Positions 38,379-52,170 are shown, counted from the first letter of the whole stretch. The stretch: 63,275 nucleotides of DNA, filler included, from Octopus bimaculoides (GCF_001194135.2; 6 parts of 4 records of this genome joined end to end with filler, not necessarily neighbours in it), one strand, 5' to 3'. Notes: a model not told the origin generated them from the sequence alone. Made by a program: numbers and translations.

Positions 38379-40062
38379 TACGTATGCGTATGTGTGTGTG
38401 TGTATGTGTGGTGTGAGTGCGTATACACCGGAGTTTATCTCCCTCTCCCTCTCTCTCTATCGATCGATCGATCTATATACCTATCTATCTATATTACATG
38501 TGTCGTATGATTGTATGAGTTATTTGATATGCAAATATTTAGAACCCTAATTGTTTGGAGACAGCTATCACCGAGAGGGTTCCCTATGTAGCCGTTTAAA
38601 GAGCTTGAAACAGCAGTCATATTTCTCCTCAGATCACATCTTGTCATCTTCAGAAAGAAAAATGCATCGGATAATTAGTTTTGGATAGAATGCTTGAAAG
38701 TAACTAAAGATTGTCATGGTTGGAATGTCTTGTTTGGTCAGAGTTAAACTCGGGTTAAAACAATAATACTCAGAAACATATATACATATATACATACATA
38801 TATACGTAAATATATGTGTGGATGTATATATATTTTAATATATTGTATGTATGTATGTATGTATGTATGTAAGTATGTATGTATGTTTGTGTGCGTGCGT
38901 GTACATGCACGCATGTACACAGACACATACACACGCACGCACATACACTTCTGTAGATTCTTTAATGTTAATCAAATTAAATTCATCAGTTTTGCAGTAT
39001 CTATGCCAGATAAGTACAAGTTCATCTGACTTGAGTTCCATAGCGACTAACTGTCAGAGAAAGAGAGAGGGAGGGAGATGGCTACGACAAATTCTGACGT
39101 CAGAAAATTGTATGAACAATTGATTAAGAACGACGGTGGGGATATGACAAAAGCTGATTGTGTGAAAAACGGTGCGAAAGTAAAGAATAATTAAACAAAT
39201 GACTAAAACTTTAATGTGAATAGAATAAACCAGCTGCCATGTGAAAACACGATACAATTATTAGCTGACTGTGGCCTGCAGGACATTCTGAATGGCATGG
39301 TCGACTAAAAATTACCTTGAACATTGTTAATAGTGTATCCCACCGGATGATGAGCCATACCTTATCCATCTCGCAAAAGGTTTCTCATACTTGCATGGTA
39401 TCATGATTATTAGTGTCACTGCAAGCTGGTATTAGCAACATGGGGACATTGGCTGTTGTTTTCTTTTTTACTGTTCAATAATATCTTTTATCTTTTTACC
39501 TTTTGCTTGTTCCAGTCATTGGACTACGGCCATGCTTGATGTCTTGAAAAATTTAGGCGAACAGATCGACCCTTTTCCTTATTTTTTAAAAGGGCGATAC
39601 TTATTCTATCGGTGTCTTTGCCGAAATCGTTAGATTACGGCGACGTAAACAAACCAGCACCGGCTCTCAAGCAATGTGGGGATGCATACTCAAGCACAAA
39701 GACACAATCACACTCATATATACATAAATACACACATATCACAACACGCACACACAGACACACACACATATATGTACGACGGGCTTCCACACTGTTTCCA
39801 TCTACCGATTTCACTCACAAAGGATCGGTCCACTCCGGGGGACGCTTTTATGGAAGCGACACTTTGGAACTTGTTTGAGGATGAGAGAAGGGGGAACTCA
39901 AAGGCGACCCCTGGTGGCGCACACTCTAGCTAGCAGCGATTCAAAGGTCCATTCTAACCACACACACCGTGTCACACTGATTCTACCCAAGGATTTAAGT
40001 GAAGGTGCGTGTGACTGTGAACTACTCAGTCATTTACATGCTAATTCTTTTCTACTCTACGT

Positions 40063-40255
40063 ACAAGGCCCGAAGTTTTGGGGGGAGGGGCAGTCAATTA
40101 GATCGACCCAGTACACAACTGGTACTTAATTTATCAACCCCGAAAGGATGAAAGGCAAAGTCGACCTCGGCGGAATTTGAACTCAGAACGTAAAGACAGA
40201 CGAAATACCGCTAAGCGTTTCACCCAGCGTGCTAACGTTTCTGCCAGCTCGCCGT
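40063..40255 (-). mobile_element. SINE family 3 copy
   Basis: Near-identical to 38141-38378 over the head and body. Confidence 0.8.
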
Positions 40256-40409
40256 CATATTTACACACTAATTCAATGAAAATAAAGCTCGGTTGAACAA
40301 CTGAATACTCATCTTCGAAAACGACAGAGATCCATTTATTTGTCATGTGTGAGAACTCAAGCTACCTATCTGTATGTAAATCTACCTACCTACTTACCTA
40401 CCTACCTAC

Positions 40410-40443
<34 letters not shown>

Positions 40444-40480
40444 ATCTATCTATCTATCTTTCTATCTATCTATCTATCTT

Positions 40481-40539
<59 letters not shown>

Positions 40540-41882
40540 GTGTGTCTGTGTGTCTGTCTGTTTGACTGTGTATGCACACACATTATTGCTTGTAGAATTT
40601 TTATAGATGTCTTACAAATTCGTTTGTGTATGGATATGTATACGTTTCTCTCTCTCTTTCTCTGTCTGTCTGTCNNNNNNNNNNNNNNNNNNNNNNNNNN
40701 NNNNNNNNNNNNNNNNNNNNNNNNNNNNNNNNNNNNNNNNNNNNNNNNNNNNNNNNNNNNNNNNNNNNNNNNNNNNNNNNNNNNNNNNNNNNNNNNNNNN
40801 NNNNNNNNNNNNNNNNNNNNNNNNNNNNNNNNNNNNNNNNNNNNNNNNNNNNNNNNNNNNNNNNNNNNNNNNNNNNNNNNNNNNNNNNNNNNNNNNNNNN
40901 NNNNNNNNNNNNNNNNNNNNNNNNNNNNNNNNNNNNNNNNNNNNNNNNNNNNNNNNNNNNNNNNNNNNNNNNNNNNNNNNNNNNNNNNNNNNNNNNNNNN
41001 NNNNNNNNNNNNNNNNNNNNNNNNNNNNNNNNNNNNNNNNNNNNNNNNNNNNNNNNNNNNNNNNNNNNNNNNNNNNNNNNNNNNNNNNNNNNNNNNNNNN
41101 NNNNNNNNNNNNNNNNNNNNNNNNNNNNNNNNTATATATATATATATATATATATATATGCGTGTGTATGTATATATGTTTGTGTGTCTGCGTTTGTCCC
41201 CCCCCCCACCATCGATGCTGGTGTGTTTCCGTCCCTGTAACTAAACGGTTCGGCAAAAAAACCGATAGAATAAGTACTCGGTTTAAAAAGAATAAATCCT
41301 GGGATCGATTTGTTCGACTAAAAGCGGTGCTCCAGCATGGCCACGCACGCACAGACACACACACATGTATGTATGTATGTATGTACACAAACAGCCTCAC
41401 ATACTTGTTTATGTATAAGAAATTATACCATTCTCGTGTTGATCGTTTCAAATCCATACAAGTGTGCTATTCATGTTGAAAGTGTGTAGAACCTTATAGC
41501 GCGAAGATTTACTCCCAGAGTTCATTTTCTATATTTTCCAAATTTTTCATAAATTGATTTTATTGCAACTGTGTTCGTTGTCTCTTCTTTTAGATTTCAA
41601 ACATTATAAAAGGAGCTACTGTATCCTAATAGCATAGATAATCTCAGTGAATTTAAGTATTTTATAATTCACCATATTCAATGTATGACACCTAGCGTAC
41701 TTAATTAAATATCTTAATCTATGTCGCTAACGAAAAATATATGTAACTGCAACGTTGATTTACTTGGGGCGGTTGATAAAATTTCAATTTGGTTATGGGC
41801 GAGGTCGATCAACCGACCGAACGAAACTGAGGTCAGGATGTGTTATCCTAGCTAAATTGTGTATAAAATAATGCTCACGCTC

Positions 41883-41950
<68 letters not shown>

Positions 41951-43060
41951 GTCTGTCTATCTGTTTGTCTGTCTGTCTACATATATATATATATATAAAC
42001 AAATAGTAAATGAGTATATGCATATATACGTACAGGTATGTGCATACCGACATCCACCTGTATGTATAGGTGCATATCTGGGTACAGGACATTGCAAACA
42101 AAACGTAGACAAGAAAACACACNNNNNNNNNNNNNNNNNNNNNNNNNNNNNNNNNNNNNNNNNNNNNNNNNNNNNNNNNNNNNNNNNNNNNNNNNNNNNN
42201 NNNNNNNNNNNNNNNNNNNNNNNNNNNNNNNNNNNNNNNNNNNNNNNNNNNNNNNNNNNNNNNNNNNNNNNNNNNNNNNNNNNNNNNNNNNNNNNNNNNN
42301 NNNNNNNNNNNNNNNNNNNNNNNNNNNNNNNNNNNNNNNNNNNNNNNNNNNNNNNNNNNNNNNNNNNNNNNNNNNNNNNNNNNNNNNNNNNNNNNNNNNN
42401 NNNNNNNNNNNNNNNNNNNNNNNNNNNNNNNNNNNNNNNNNNNNNNNNNNNNNNNNNNNNNNNNNNNNNNNNNNNNNNNNNNNNNNNNNNNNNNNNNNNN
42501 NNNNNNNNNNNNNNNNNNNNNNNNNNNNNNNNNNNNNNNNNNNNNNNNNNNNNNNNNNNNNNNNNNNNNNNNNNNNNNNNNNNNNNNNNNNNNNNNNNNN
42601 NNNNNNNNNNNNNNNNNNNNNNNNNNNNNNNNNNNNNNNNNNNNNNNNNNNNNNNNNNNNNNNNNNNNNNNNNNNNNNNNNNNNNNNNNNNNNNNNNNNN
42701 NNNNNNNNNNNNNNNNNNNNNNNNNNNNNNNNNNNNNNNNNNNNNNNNNNNNNNNNNNNNNNNNNNNNNNNNNNNNNNNNNNNNNNNNNNNNNNNNNNNN
42801 NNNNNNNNNNNNNNNNNNNNNNNNNNNNNNNNNNNNNNNNNNNNNNNNNNNNNNNNNNNNNNNNNNNNNNNNNNNNNNNNNNNNNNNNNNNNNNNNNNNN
42901 NNNNNNNNNNNNNNNNNNNNNNNNNNNNNNNNNNNNNNNNNNNNNNNNNNNNNNNNNNNNNNNNNNNNNNNNNNNNNNNNNNNNNNNNNNNNNNNNNNNN
43001 NNNNNNNNNNNNNNNNNNNNNNNNNNNNNNNNNNNNNNNNNNNNNNNNNNNNNNNNNNNN

Positions 43061-43096
<36 letters not shown>

Positions 43097-43325
43097 GATG
43101 TAGGTATGCACATACTTGTACGTATATATGCATATACTCATTTATTATTTGTTTTATGTATATATATGTATATATATATATATATATATACGCGCGCGCG
43201 TGCTCACACAAACACAAATACACACACATATACACATATATTAGAATTTGATTTACAGTTCAGACAAGAAGTCCTAAACACTTCATTCTGTCGCTACTCT
43301 GAGTTTCCAGTAAATAGTAGTAGTA

Positions 43326-43369
<44 letters not shown>

Positions 43370-43789
43370 TATAGTAGCAGCAGCAGCAGTCTTTTCAGTA
43401 GTACAATTAGTAGTAGTGGAGATGATGGTGATGTTGGTGGTGATAATGATTAATGGCTGTTGTAGATGGAGGTGTAATAAGTCACACATACCATTCATCC
43501 CTCCTACACTTAGAATCGTATGCTCTAATTCCGATTCCGAACAAATAATAATAATAATAATAATAATAATAATTTGTGGACCTAATCACCACATTAACAT
43601 ACATAGCTAGATGCATACATGTAGACACAAAGTCACTCCCTTTCTCTCTATCTCTGTCTCACTCTCTGGTATATATATATATATATATNNNNNNNNNNNN
43701 NNNNNNNNNNNNNNNNNNNNNNNNNNNNNNNNTTAATTAATTAANNNNNNNNNNNNNNNNNNNNNNNNNNNNNNNNNNNNNNNNNNNNA

Positions 43790-44150
43790 TCATCCACACA
43801 CCTACTCATGCACACACGCACACATCAATGTCACCAGCCCCCTTCCACACGCACATACAATCTCTCACATACACACGCACGCGCACCTTCGTTTTGGGAT
43901 CACCACAACTTTATTATCTCCCCTTCTTCCTAGCTCTCCTGTGTGACCCCTCTGTCCAGCATTCGCCATGATAGATCGCTAGCTACTATACCTTTTCTAT
44001 TTTCTCTCCCTGTTTATTTCTGTGTTCTTTTCTGTCGAAGAGCGTTGGCTAGAAACGTAAGACTTTCTCACTTCCCGAGCGTTAAACTAATACATCTGTT
44101 TGTTGTTTACACACCCGTCTTTTTATTTTTTGTAAATTCTCCCTATATAT
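43790..44150 (+). mobile_element. Penelope-like terminal-repeat relic; a related inverted fragment lies at 17482-17570
   Basis: cgagcgttaaactaatacatctgtttgttgtttacacacccgtc matches the reverse complement of 17500-17570. A hammerhead-like motif lies at 44026-44062. Confidence 0.45.
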
Positions 44151-44206
44151 AGATATAGTTAGATAGATATAGTTAGATAGATAGAGAGAGCGAGACAGAG
44201 AGAGAG

Positions 44207-44242
<36 letters not shown>

Positions 44243-44387
44243 ATAGAGAGAGAGAGAGGGAGAGAAATAAATGTATACAGTTAGATGGATAGCTAGTTAC
44301 CAAGCTAACTCGATAGATGGATAGATATACAAACGCATCGGTTTCAGTATGAGAGGGAAATATAAACAGTTAGTTGGATAGCTTGCA

Positions 44388-44430
<43 letters not shown>

Positions 44431-44634
44431 TAGACAGACAGACAGACAGACGGACGGACGGACGGAGGGACGGATGGATGGAGGGATGGATGGATGGATA
44501 TACGAACACATACGTAGGTATGTGTTATGTCTTTAGCTCTCTCGTTCTCACTTTCTCATTTTCTTTTCTGCACTCTCTTTATATACATACATAGTTATGC
44601 ATACCGTCAAAACCCACACCCGCACATACACTCA

Positions 44635-44699
<65 letters not shown>

Positions 44700-45572
44700 G
44701 CATGTATGTATGTACGTATGTTTATTTGTCTGTGTGTATGAATACACTCATACATACATATGTACAAACGTATACTTTTATATACGCCGTACTCAACTGT
44801 ATACTTACCTATGTAACACTCTTAGAAAATATATCAAAACACATATACATACAGATTGAAATTCATATACACACGTAGCTGATGTAATTTAATTGCACAG
44901 ATGCAGTTGCAAACACATACACACGTATACGCAAGTATACACATATATGTGAAATATTGCAATTCATTATTTCGTGTCGTGAAAAGATCAACACAGACAT
45001 TTTGTTATTGTAAATATCAGCCAAATAATATAAGGTGTTAGTTGTTATAGGGTAGAAATGATGATGATGATGATGATGTTGGTGGCGGTGATGATGATGA
45101 TGATAATGTTGTTCGAGGCGATGATGATGATGACTATGGTGGTGGTGGTGGTGGTGGTAGTAGTAGCGGTGATGATGATTACTATAATAAAGAGGAGAAC
45201 GAGGAAGAAGTGAACGAGGAGGGAGATAACGAGGAGGAGGTAAGGAGGGGGAGAAGGAGGGGAAGGAGGAGAAGAAAGAGAGGAGAAAGGAGGAGGGAGG
45301 AGATGATGATGATTATGATGATGATGATGATAATGGTGATGGTAATGATGTTGATATTTGTGATAGCAATGGCAGCGGTGATGATTTCTTTTTATTGGTC
45401 ATAAGTACCTACAACACTAGAAGCACTGCAACGCCCGAATGCAGAAAGGACCTACAATATAAATATAATTAAGAAATAACAGTAAGTAACAAGAAAGGAT
45501 CTCTTAAAATGGAGCCGAAAACACATTTGGGTGTTTCAGGTCATCTTAGAATTATTCTAACACCTATTCTAT

Positions 45573-45769
45573 AAGCGCAGGAGTGGATATGTAGTAAGTA
45601 GCTTGTTTACCAACCACATGGTTCCGGGTTCAGTCCCACTGCGTGGCACCTTGTGCAAGTGCCTTCTCTTATAGCTTCAGGCCGACCAAAGCCCTGTGAG
45701 TGGATTTGGTAGACAGAAACTGAAAGAAGCCTGTATATATATGTATATGTATACATATATATATATATA
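45573..45769 (+). mobile_element. SINE family 2, 5' half running into a gap
   Basis: gcgcaggagtgg...ggttccgggttcagtcccactgcgtggcaccttgtgcaagtg. Confidence 0.8.
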
Positions 45770-46577
45770 NNNNNNNNNNNNNNNNNNNNNNNNNNNNNNN
45801 NNNNNNNNNNNNNNNNNNNNNNNNNNNNNNNNNNNNNNNNNNNNNNNNNNNNNNNNNNNNNNNNNNNNNNNNNNNNNNNNNNNNNNNNNNNNNNNNNNNN
45901 NNNNNNNNNNNNNNNNNNNNNNNNNNNNNNNNNNNNNNNNNNNNNNNNNNNNNNNNNNNNNNNNNNNNNNNNNNNNNNNNNNNNNNNNNNNNNNNNNNNN
46001 NNNNNNNNNNNNNNNNNNNNNNNNNNNNNNNNNNNNNNNNNNNNNNNNNNNNNNNNNNNNNNNNNNNNNNNNNNNNNNNNNNNNNNNNNNNNNNNNNNNN
46101 NNNNNNNNNNNNNNNNNNNNNNNNNNNNNNNNNNNNNNNNNNNNNNNNNNNNNNNNNNNNNNNNNNNNNNNNNNNNNNNNNNNNNNNNNNNNNNNNNNNN
46201 NNNNNNNNNNNNNNNNNNNNNNNNNNNNNNNNNNNNNNNNNNNNNNNNNNNNNNNNNNNNNNNNNNNNNNNNNNNNNNNNNNNNNNNNNNNNNNNNNNNN
46301 NNNNNNNNNNNNNNNNNNNNNNNNNNNNNNNNNNNNNNNNNNNNNNNNNNNNTCCAGACAAAGAAGACTACCTGTTCTTCAAGGAAAAGACAAGATAGGC
46401 AGCATATCACGTGAAATGAAATGCCGCCATAATGTGCTTTCATTCTTAACACTGACTATCACCATGTCCACAAACATGGTCACTAGCGCGTTCGAAACAT
46501 ATAGAAAGTTCTTCGGGAGCGCATACAGATAACTTTGGTGTGTTACACAAAAAACTGCGTTCAGTCAAACTCCTTAC

Positions 46578-46628
<51 letters not shown>

Positions 46629-47632
46629 ATCCATACATATGTTATTCAGATACGTATATAAATGTATGTATGTATGTACGTGTGTGTGGGTGTGTCTGTG
46701 TGTATATGTGGTTTAAGTATAAAAGACGAAACTAGACATGAACATGTAAGATTTACGTAATATGGCGAAAACAAGGCAAGAAAAGAGAGAAAAAGTTGTA
46801 CTATATTTTGACGAATTGAATAAAGTAGAATGTCTTCAGACAAGCAAGAAATTACGATGAAGAGATGGTGAAAAGAAGACACGCATTAATGGAAAGACAT
46901 TAGTGAACAAGAGGATAAAACATTATACAGACAACTTAATTCCATTTATCAATCGACAGCTAAGCATTTTCCTTACACTCAAATACCTTTTAAGCGATGT
47001 TTAATAACTGCAGCTCGATGCTATCAGGGAGAAATATTACAGAACAAGACAAGAAAATAAGTAACGCGGTGGTGGTGGCCATTTAGGCAACTGAGTGGTG
47101 TTTCGATACAAGAAATGTAAATAGGATTAAGATGGGACAAGGATGTGCAAGCCTTAACGTCAAGAGGTAAAGAGAGAATGGAAGATATCAGAAAGATATC
47201 TAAGAGTTAACCCTCTGTTTGTCTAAACCATTTTCATAAGTTTGTTCTAAACGTTCACGCTTGTTTTCAGACTTTTAGTTACATACCCGTTTCATACATT
47301 CTGAGTAATATAAACTTTCCTTTCATAAATCCCAAGTTAATCTGGCGATTGAAGAAAGAAAATAATGGGAATGTGTGACATATACGATGCACAGACGCCA
47401 GAGAATACAGAGCAGGAAAATTGCTAAAGGCGTTCGGAAGAAAAACGAAAAACGAAAACGAAACAAAAATACAGTTGGTGAAAAAAGGAATTAATATATA
47501 AAAGGTTGAGCATTCCACAAGCACATATTTTCTTAGCACACTTCTCAAATGGAATCAGCAAAGTGTGACATAAAATACAACAAGTGTCCCTTGAATTAGA
47601 GGCACAATTCAACAGCAGCTTCTATATAGTTT

Positions 47633-47868
47633 CCTATTTCTTTATTGCCCACAAGGGGCTAAACATAGATGGGACGAACAAGGACAGACAAAGGGATTAA
47701 GTCAATTAGATCGACCCCAGTGCGTAACTGGTACTTAATTTTAACGACCCCGAAAGGATGAAAGGCAAAGTCGACTGCGGCGGAATTTGAACTCAAAACA
47801 TAACGGCAGACGAAATACCGCTAAGCATTTCGCCCGGCGTGCTAACGTTTCTGCCAGCTCGCCGCCTT
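47633..47868 (-). mobile_element. SINE family 3, full length with ~13-bp TSD
   Basis: TSD ttctatatagttt at 47620-47632 and 47869-47881. Confidence 0.85.
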
Positions 47869-48126
47869 TTCTATATAGTTTTCACCAACTGGAATTCGCT
47901 CGCGTATCTGCGAGTGAATTTGTGATGATAAGTCTATGGAAAATTACGTTTACCCAAGACTCCATTGGTGAGGCTGAATCCAAGACTTCGTCGTTGCGTA
48001 GCGAATTTCTCAACCATTCGCCCTTGCTGTATGTATGTATGTATGTATGTATGTATGTATCTATGTATGTATGTATGTATCTATCATATACATTCAAGAA
48101 AATACACATTACACATTATATATATA

Positions 48127-48173
<47 letters not shown>

Positions 48174-48947
48174 CAACAAAGGAATGGATTTTCGAATGTG
48201 GCAATATTTGTTTCGTTGAGAGTCTTTATTATGATGTAAGAATAATACAACTATTCAGGTTATGCAATACTCTGAGCAATTCCCAAGGTCATCAAGCAAC
48301 TTCTCAAAACAGAATGACGCAATGACTTATTGAGTGATCCATAAATTCGTTGCGTCACGTAATAATCATATTATGATTACATCATAATAAAACTCCAAAC
48401 GAAAGAATTGTATTAACATTCGAAAATCCATTTCGTTGTTTTATTTTACACCACACTTTATATTTTATTCTTCTTTGAATACATTGTATACTTTTTTGCA
48501 ACAGCGGATTACCCAGCAACAGTGTCTTGACTTCATTGTTGCATTCCGCGCTGATAATGGATCGCTTCATTGTCTATCCTGCTTGACTCTGTCATGCCAA
48601 TTAGTGGCATGCCGCACGTTGATATGCTTCGATTTTTTTTAGCCTATGTATGTATGTATGTATGTATGTATGTATGTATGTATGTATGTATATGTGTGTG
48701 TGTATGTATGTATGTGTATGCATGTATATATGTATGCATGTGTGTATGTATGCATGCATATATGTGCGTGTGTATGTATGCTTGTGTGTATATATGTGTG
48801 TGTTTGTATGCATGCATTCCAGAGAAGCACTCAACATTCTGGGCTATCAACACTGTCAGATTCCAGACTAATACAGAAACTCTTCAAGTGTAGAAAATCC
48901 TGATTTCACGACGGTAAAAGTATTTCTTTGTCTTCTCATTATTTGGA

Positions 48948-49028
<81 letters not shown>

Positions 49029-49593
49029 NNNNNNNNNNNNNNNNNNNNNNNNNNNNNNNNNNNNNNNNNNNNTTAATTAATTAANNNNNNNNNNNNNNNN
49101 NNNNNNNNNNNNNNNNNNNNNNNNNNNNAGTGGAATAGTTTCATTTTTAAAGTGAAAGTATTTGACATGAGTGTTTTTGTTTCACTTTTGACACGTAATA
49201 CTTAAATAGTGGAGGAGATATTATGTTGCCGTGTGCTCGAACTCTGCAAGAAGTTAATAATTTTTTTTGACTAAAACACAACTGGAACCCTAAGTAAGGC
49301 ATGTGTAAAATTTGAATGAAATTGGTTGCGTAGTTCTCGAGTTTTAGGGATTCACACAGACAGACAGACAGACACACATTCTCATTTTTATATATATAGA
49401 TATAGCAATAAGAAAATGGAGGAGAATATGAGGTACTCATCAACTTGCAGACACTGTGCTCTGTTGATTAATCCGTTTATTTTACAACCAAAAGAACAAT
49501 AAAGACAATATACAGACACTTATGACATACTATGTCATATCAACAATTAAAATTTAAAATTTAAAAGGACATCTAACAACCAAAGAAGGGACA

Positions 49594-49729
49594 AAATCTT
49601 ACAGCTGTTTCGGCCTAGCTTTGGCATGCCCCATTCTATCTATATAACTCCAGTACGCTGGAGTAATTGGTAGATGACAAGGATGCAATGGAGGTACATG
49701 CATGATTCACTAGGCCTTTTCAGAGATTT
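49594..49729 (-). ncRNA. Minimal type I hammerhead-ribozyme motif (G8A variant), likely Penelope-associated
   Basis: Minus strand: AAATCT-CTGAAAA-GGCCTAG-[91 nt]-CTAGGCC-GAAA-CAGCTG-TA-AGATTT. Stems I and II pair perfectly and stem III is palindromic. Confidence 0.55.
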
Positions 49730-50184
49730 ACAAAATTCAATTCGTGAATTTTGCCAAATTCAAATATAAAAATAAAAATATAAAAACATAAAAGCACATA
49801 AAAAAATATATACAAAAAGCATATAAAAAAACCATATAAAGAGTCATAAAAATTCATATATATACATGCATATGCATGTATACATTATCATATACAGATA
49901 TACATGAATAGAAAAACATAAACACATGAATACTTATATGTGTGTTCAGATGTACATACATTGATGGTTGTACATGCATACCAAAAGAGTCAAAAGTCAC
50001 TGTTACTATATATGAGGACAGACACATATATATATATACCCACCCACACATACATACATACACATATGTATATACAATTACACCCATACATACATGATCC
50101 CTGGTATAAACATTTTCAGTTGCGTTTGGAAAGGAGTACTAGTGCAACGGTTCTTATCACTGTATTTCATCACAATGTTCAGAC

Positions 50185-51090
50185 ATCATCATCATCGTTT
50201 AACGTCCGCTTTCCATGCTAGCATAGGTTGGACGATTTGACTGAGGACTGGCAAGTCGGAAGGCTGCACTAGGCTCCAATCTGATCTGGCAGAGTTTCTA
50301 CAGCTGGATGCCCTTCCTAACGCCAACCACTCTGAGAGTGTAGTGGTGCTTTTACATGCCACCGGCACGAGGGCCAGTCACACGGTACTGGAAAAGGCCA
50401 CACTCAAAAAGGTGTTTTTTATGTGCCACCTGCACGGGAGCCAGTCCAGCGGCACTGGCAACGACCTCGCATGAATGATTTTCTAACGTGCCACCACCAC
50501 AAGTGCTAGAAGGCGACTCTGGTAACGATTACGCTGAAATGGTGCTATTTACAGGCCACTAGCACGGAAGCCAGACAGCTGCTCTGGCAATGAACACGCT
50601 CGGACAGTGCTGTTAGNNNNNNNNNNGTCACACGGTACTGGAAAAGGCCACACTCAAAAAGGTGTTTTTTATGTGCCACCTGCACGGGAGCCAGTCCAGC
50701 GGCACTGGCAACGACCTCGCATGAATGATTTTCTAACGTGCCACCACCACAAGTGCTAGAAGGCGACTCTGGTAACGATTACGCTGAAATGGTGCTATTT
50801 ACAGGCCACTAGCACGGAAGCCAGACAGCTGCTCTGGCAATGAACACGCTCGGACAGTGCTGTTAGTGCTCCACTGGCACAGGTGCCAGTCATCGAGTAT
50901 GGTTCAATTCCGATTTCAATTCCGATTTCACTTGCCCCAACAGGTCTTCGCAAGCAGAGTTTAGTGTTCAATGAAGGAGAAGTTACATGGGTGCCAGTTG
51001 TTGGATTTGGTTCGATTTCGATTTTAGATTTCAAATTTTAAATTCCAAATTTACTTGCCTCAACAGGTCTTCACAAGCAGAGTTTGTATT
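50185..51090 (-). mobile_element. 3' UTR and tail of an RTE-type element (same family as 52931-54575)
   Basis: catcatcatcgtttaacgtccgctttccatgctagc...ggatgcccttcctaacgccaacc is shared with 52931 onward. (GAT)n tail on the minus strand. Confidence 0.75.
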
Positions 51091-51194
51091 CGATAAATAT
51101 ATTCTCTATATTTATCCTAGGGCAGTCTTTGGGGTAGGGGGCATGTTTCTCTTTTATGTATGTATGTATGTATTTATGTATGTGACTTGGAATC

Positions 51195-52170
51195 ACATGT
51201 ATGCATTTGGTGGCTTGGAGTCACATGTCTGGTGCCAGCGACATATAAATAAGAATACAAAGCTGGCTCTTTACAAATCATTTGTCTTACCATCCCTGTT
51301 GTATTCCTGTGAAACTTGGACTTGTTATGAAAGGCATTTTAGATTGTTAGAACAATTCCACCAAAAATGCCTTCATCGCATTTCAAAAATTAAATGGAGT
51401 TTTTTTACTTCAAACACAGATGTCCTTGCATCTGCAGGCATGACTTCAATAAATACTATGATTTTGAGGAACCAATTGAGATGGTGTGACCATATAGTTC
51501 AAATGGCAGATGAATGCATGCCGAAACAGCTGTTTTATGGTGAGCTTGCAAAGGGAAAACATTATCGGTATAAACCTAAAAAAAGGTTTAAGGACAGCAT
51601 AAGGACTACTATGAAGTCACTGGGAATGGTTCCAAAAGATATAGAAACCCTTGCTTCAAATTGAGTTGGATGGTGAACAAAGGTGTGGAGTGGAGTGAAA
51701 GCATTTGAAGAGGCCAGGGTAACACAAGTAAGACTCAAAAGAGATCTAAAGAAGAATGTAACGATTGAGAAGGTGAATGACAATGACCTTTTAGTGTGCA
51801 CAGTCTGTGACAGACCATGCCTTGTCCTTTGCTGGCCTCAAATTTAATAAGCGAACGCATGGGAAACAAACCTCTACCAACTATTCTGCCTATATGTCTG
51901 TGCATACCTTAAATGCAGTGTAGGCCAGAAGGCTTGCAAATCCAACAGAGGCCTCAAGAGACATTTTAAGATCCACAAAGAGCAGAACTTATCTGCAGCT
52001 CTTGGTGGTCCAAATCGGAGGTGCAATCTAATGTGCGTGTCTTTCCAGAACATTATCTGGTTTAAAAAGCCACATCAGTTGCCATGATGATGCTAAGGTG
52101 TAGGTACAGGAGGTGGTCAAACTCTGCATAAGGAGTAGACAACCACCATGTATGTATGTACGTATGTATA
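51195..52170 (+). mobile_element. 5'-truncated RTE (BovB-like) LINE with a C-terminal C2H2 finger extension and (TATG)n tail
   Basis: TKLALYKSFVLPSLLYSCETWT...QLRWCDHIVQMADECMPKQLFYGEL..GK....KPKKRFKDSI, followed by three decayed C2H2-like motifs. Confidence 0.85.

Noticed and set aside
47424-47612. Cys-rich minus-strand ORF (NCASNSRDTCCILCH...KCAKKICAC)
   Set aside because: The Cys spacing does not match the A/B modules, it is on the opposite strand, and it lacks convincing splice sites.
50377-50866. ~240-bp perfect tandem duplication inside the RTE tail
   Set aside because: The copies are identical and separated only by an 11-N gap, so this is an assembly artefact.
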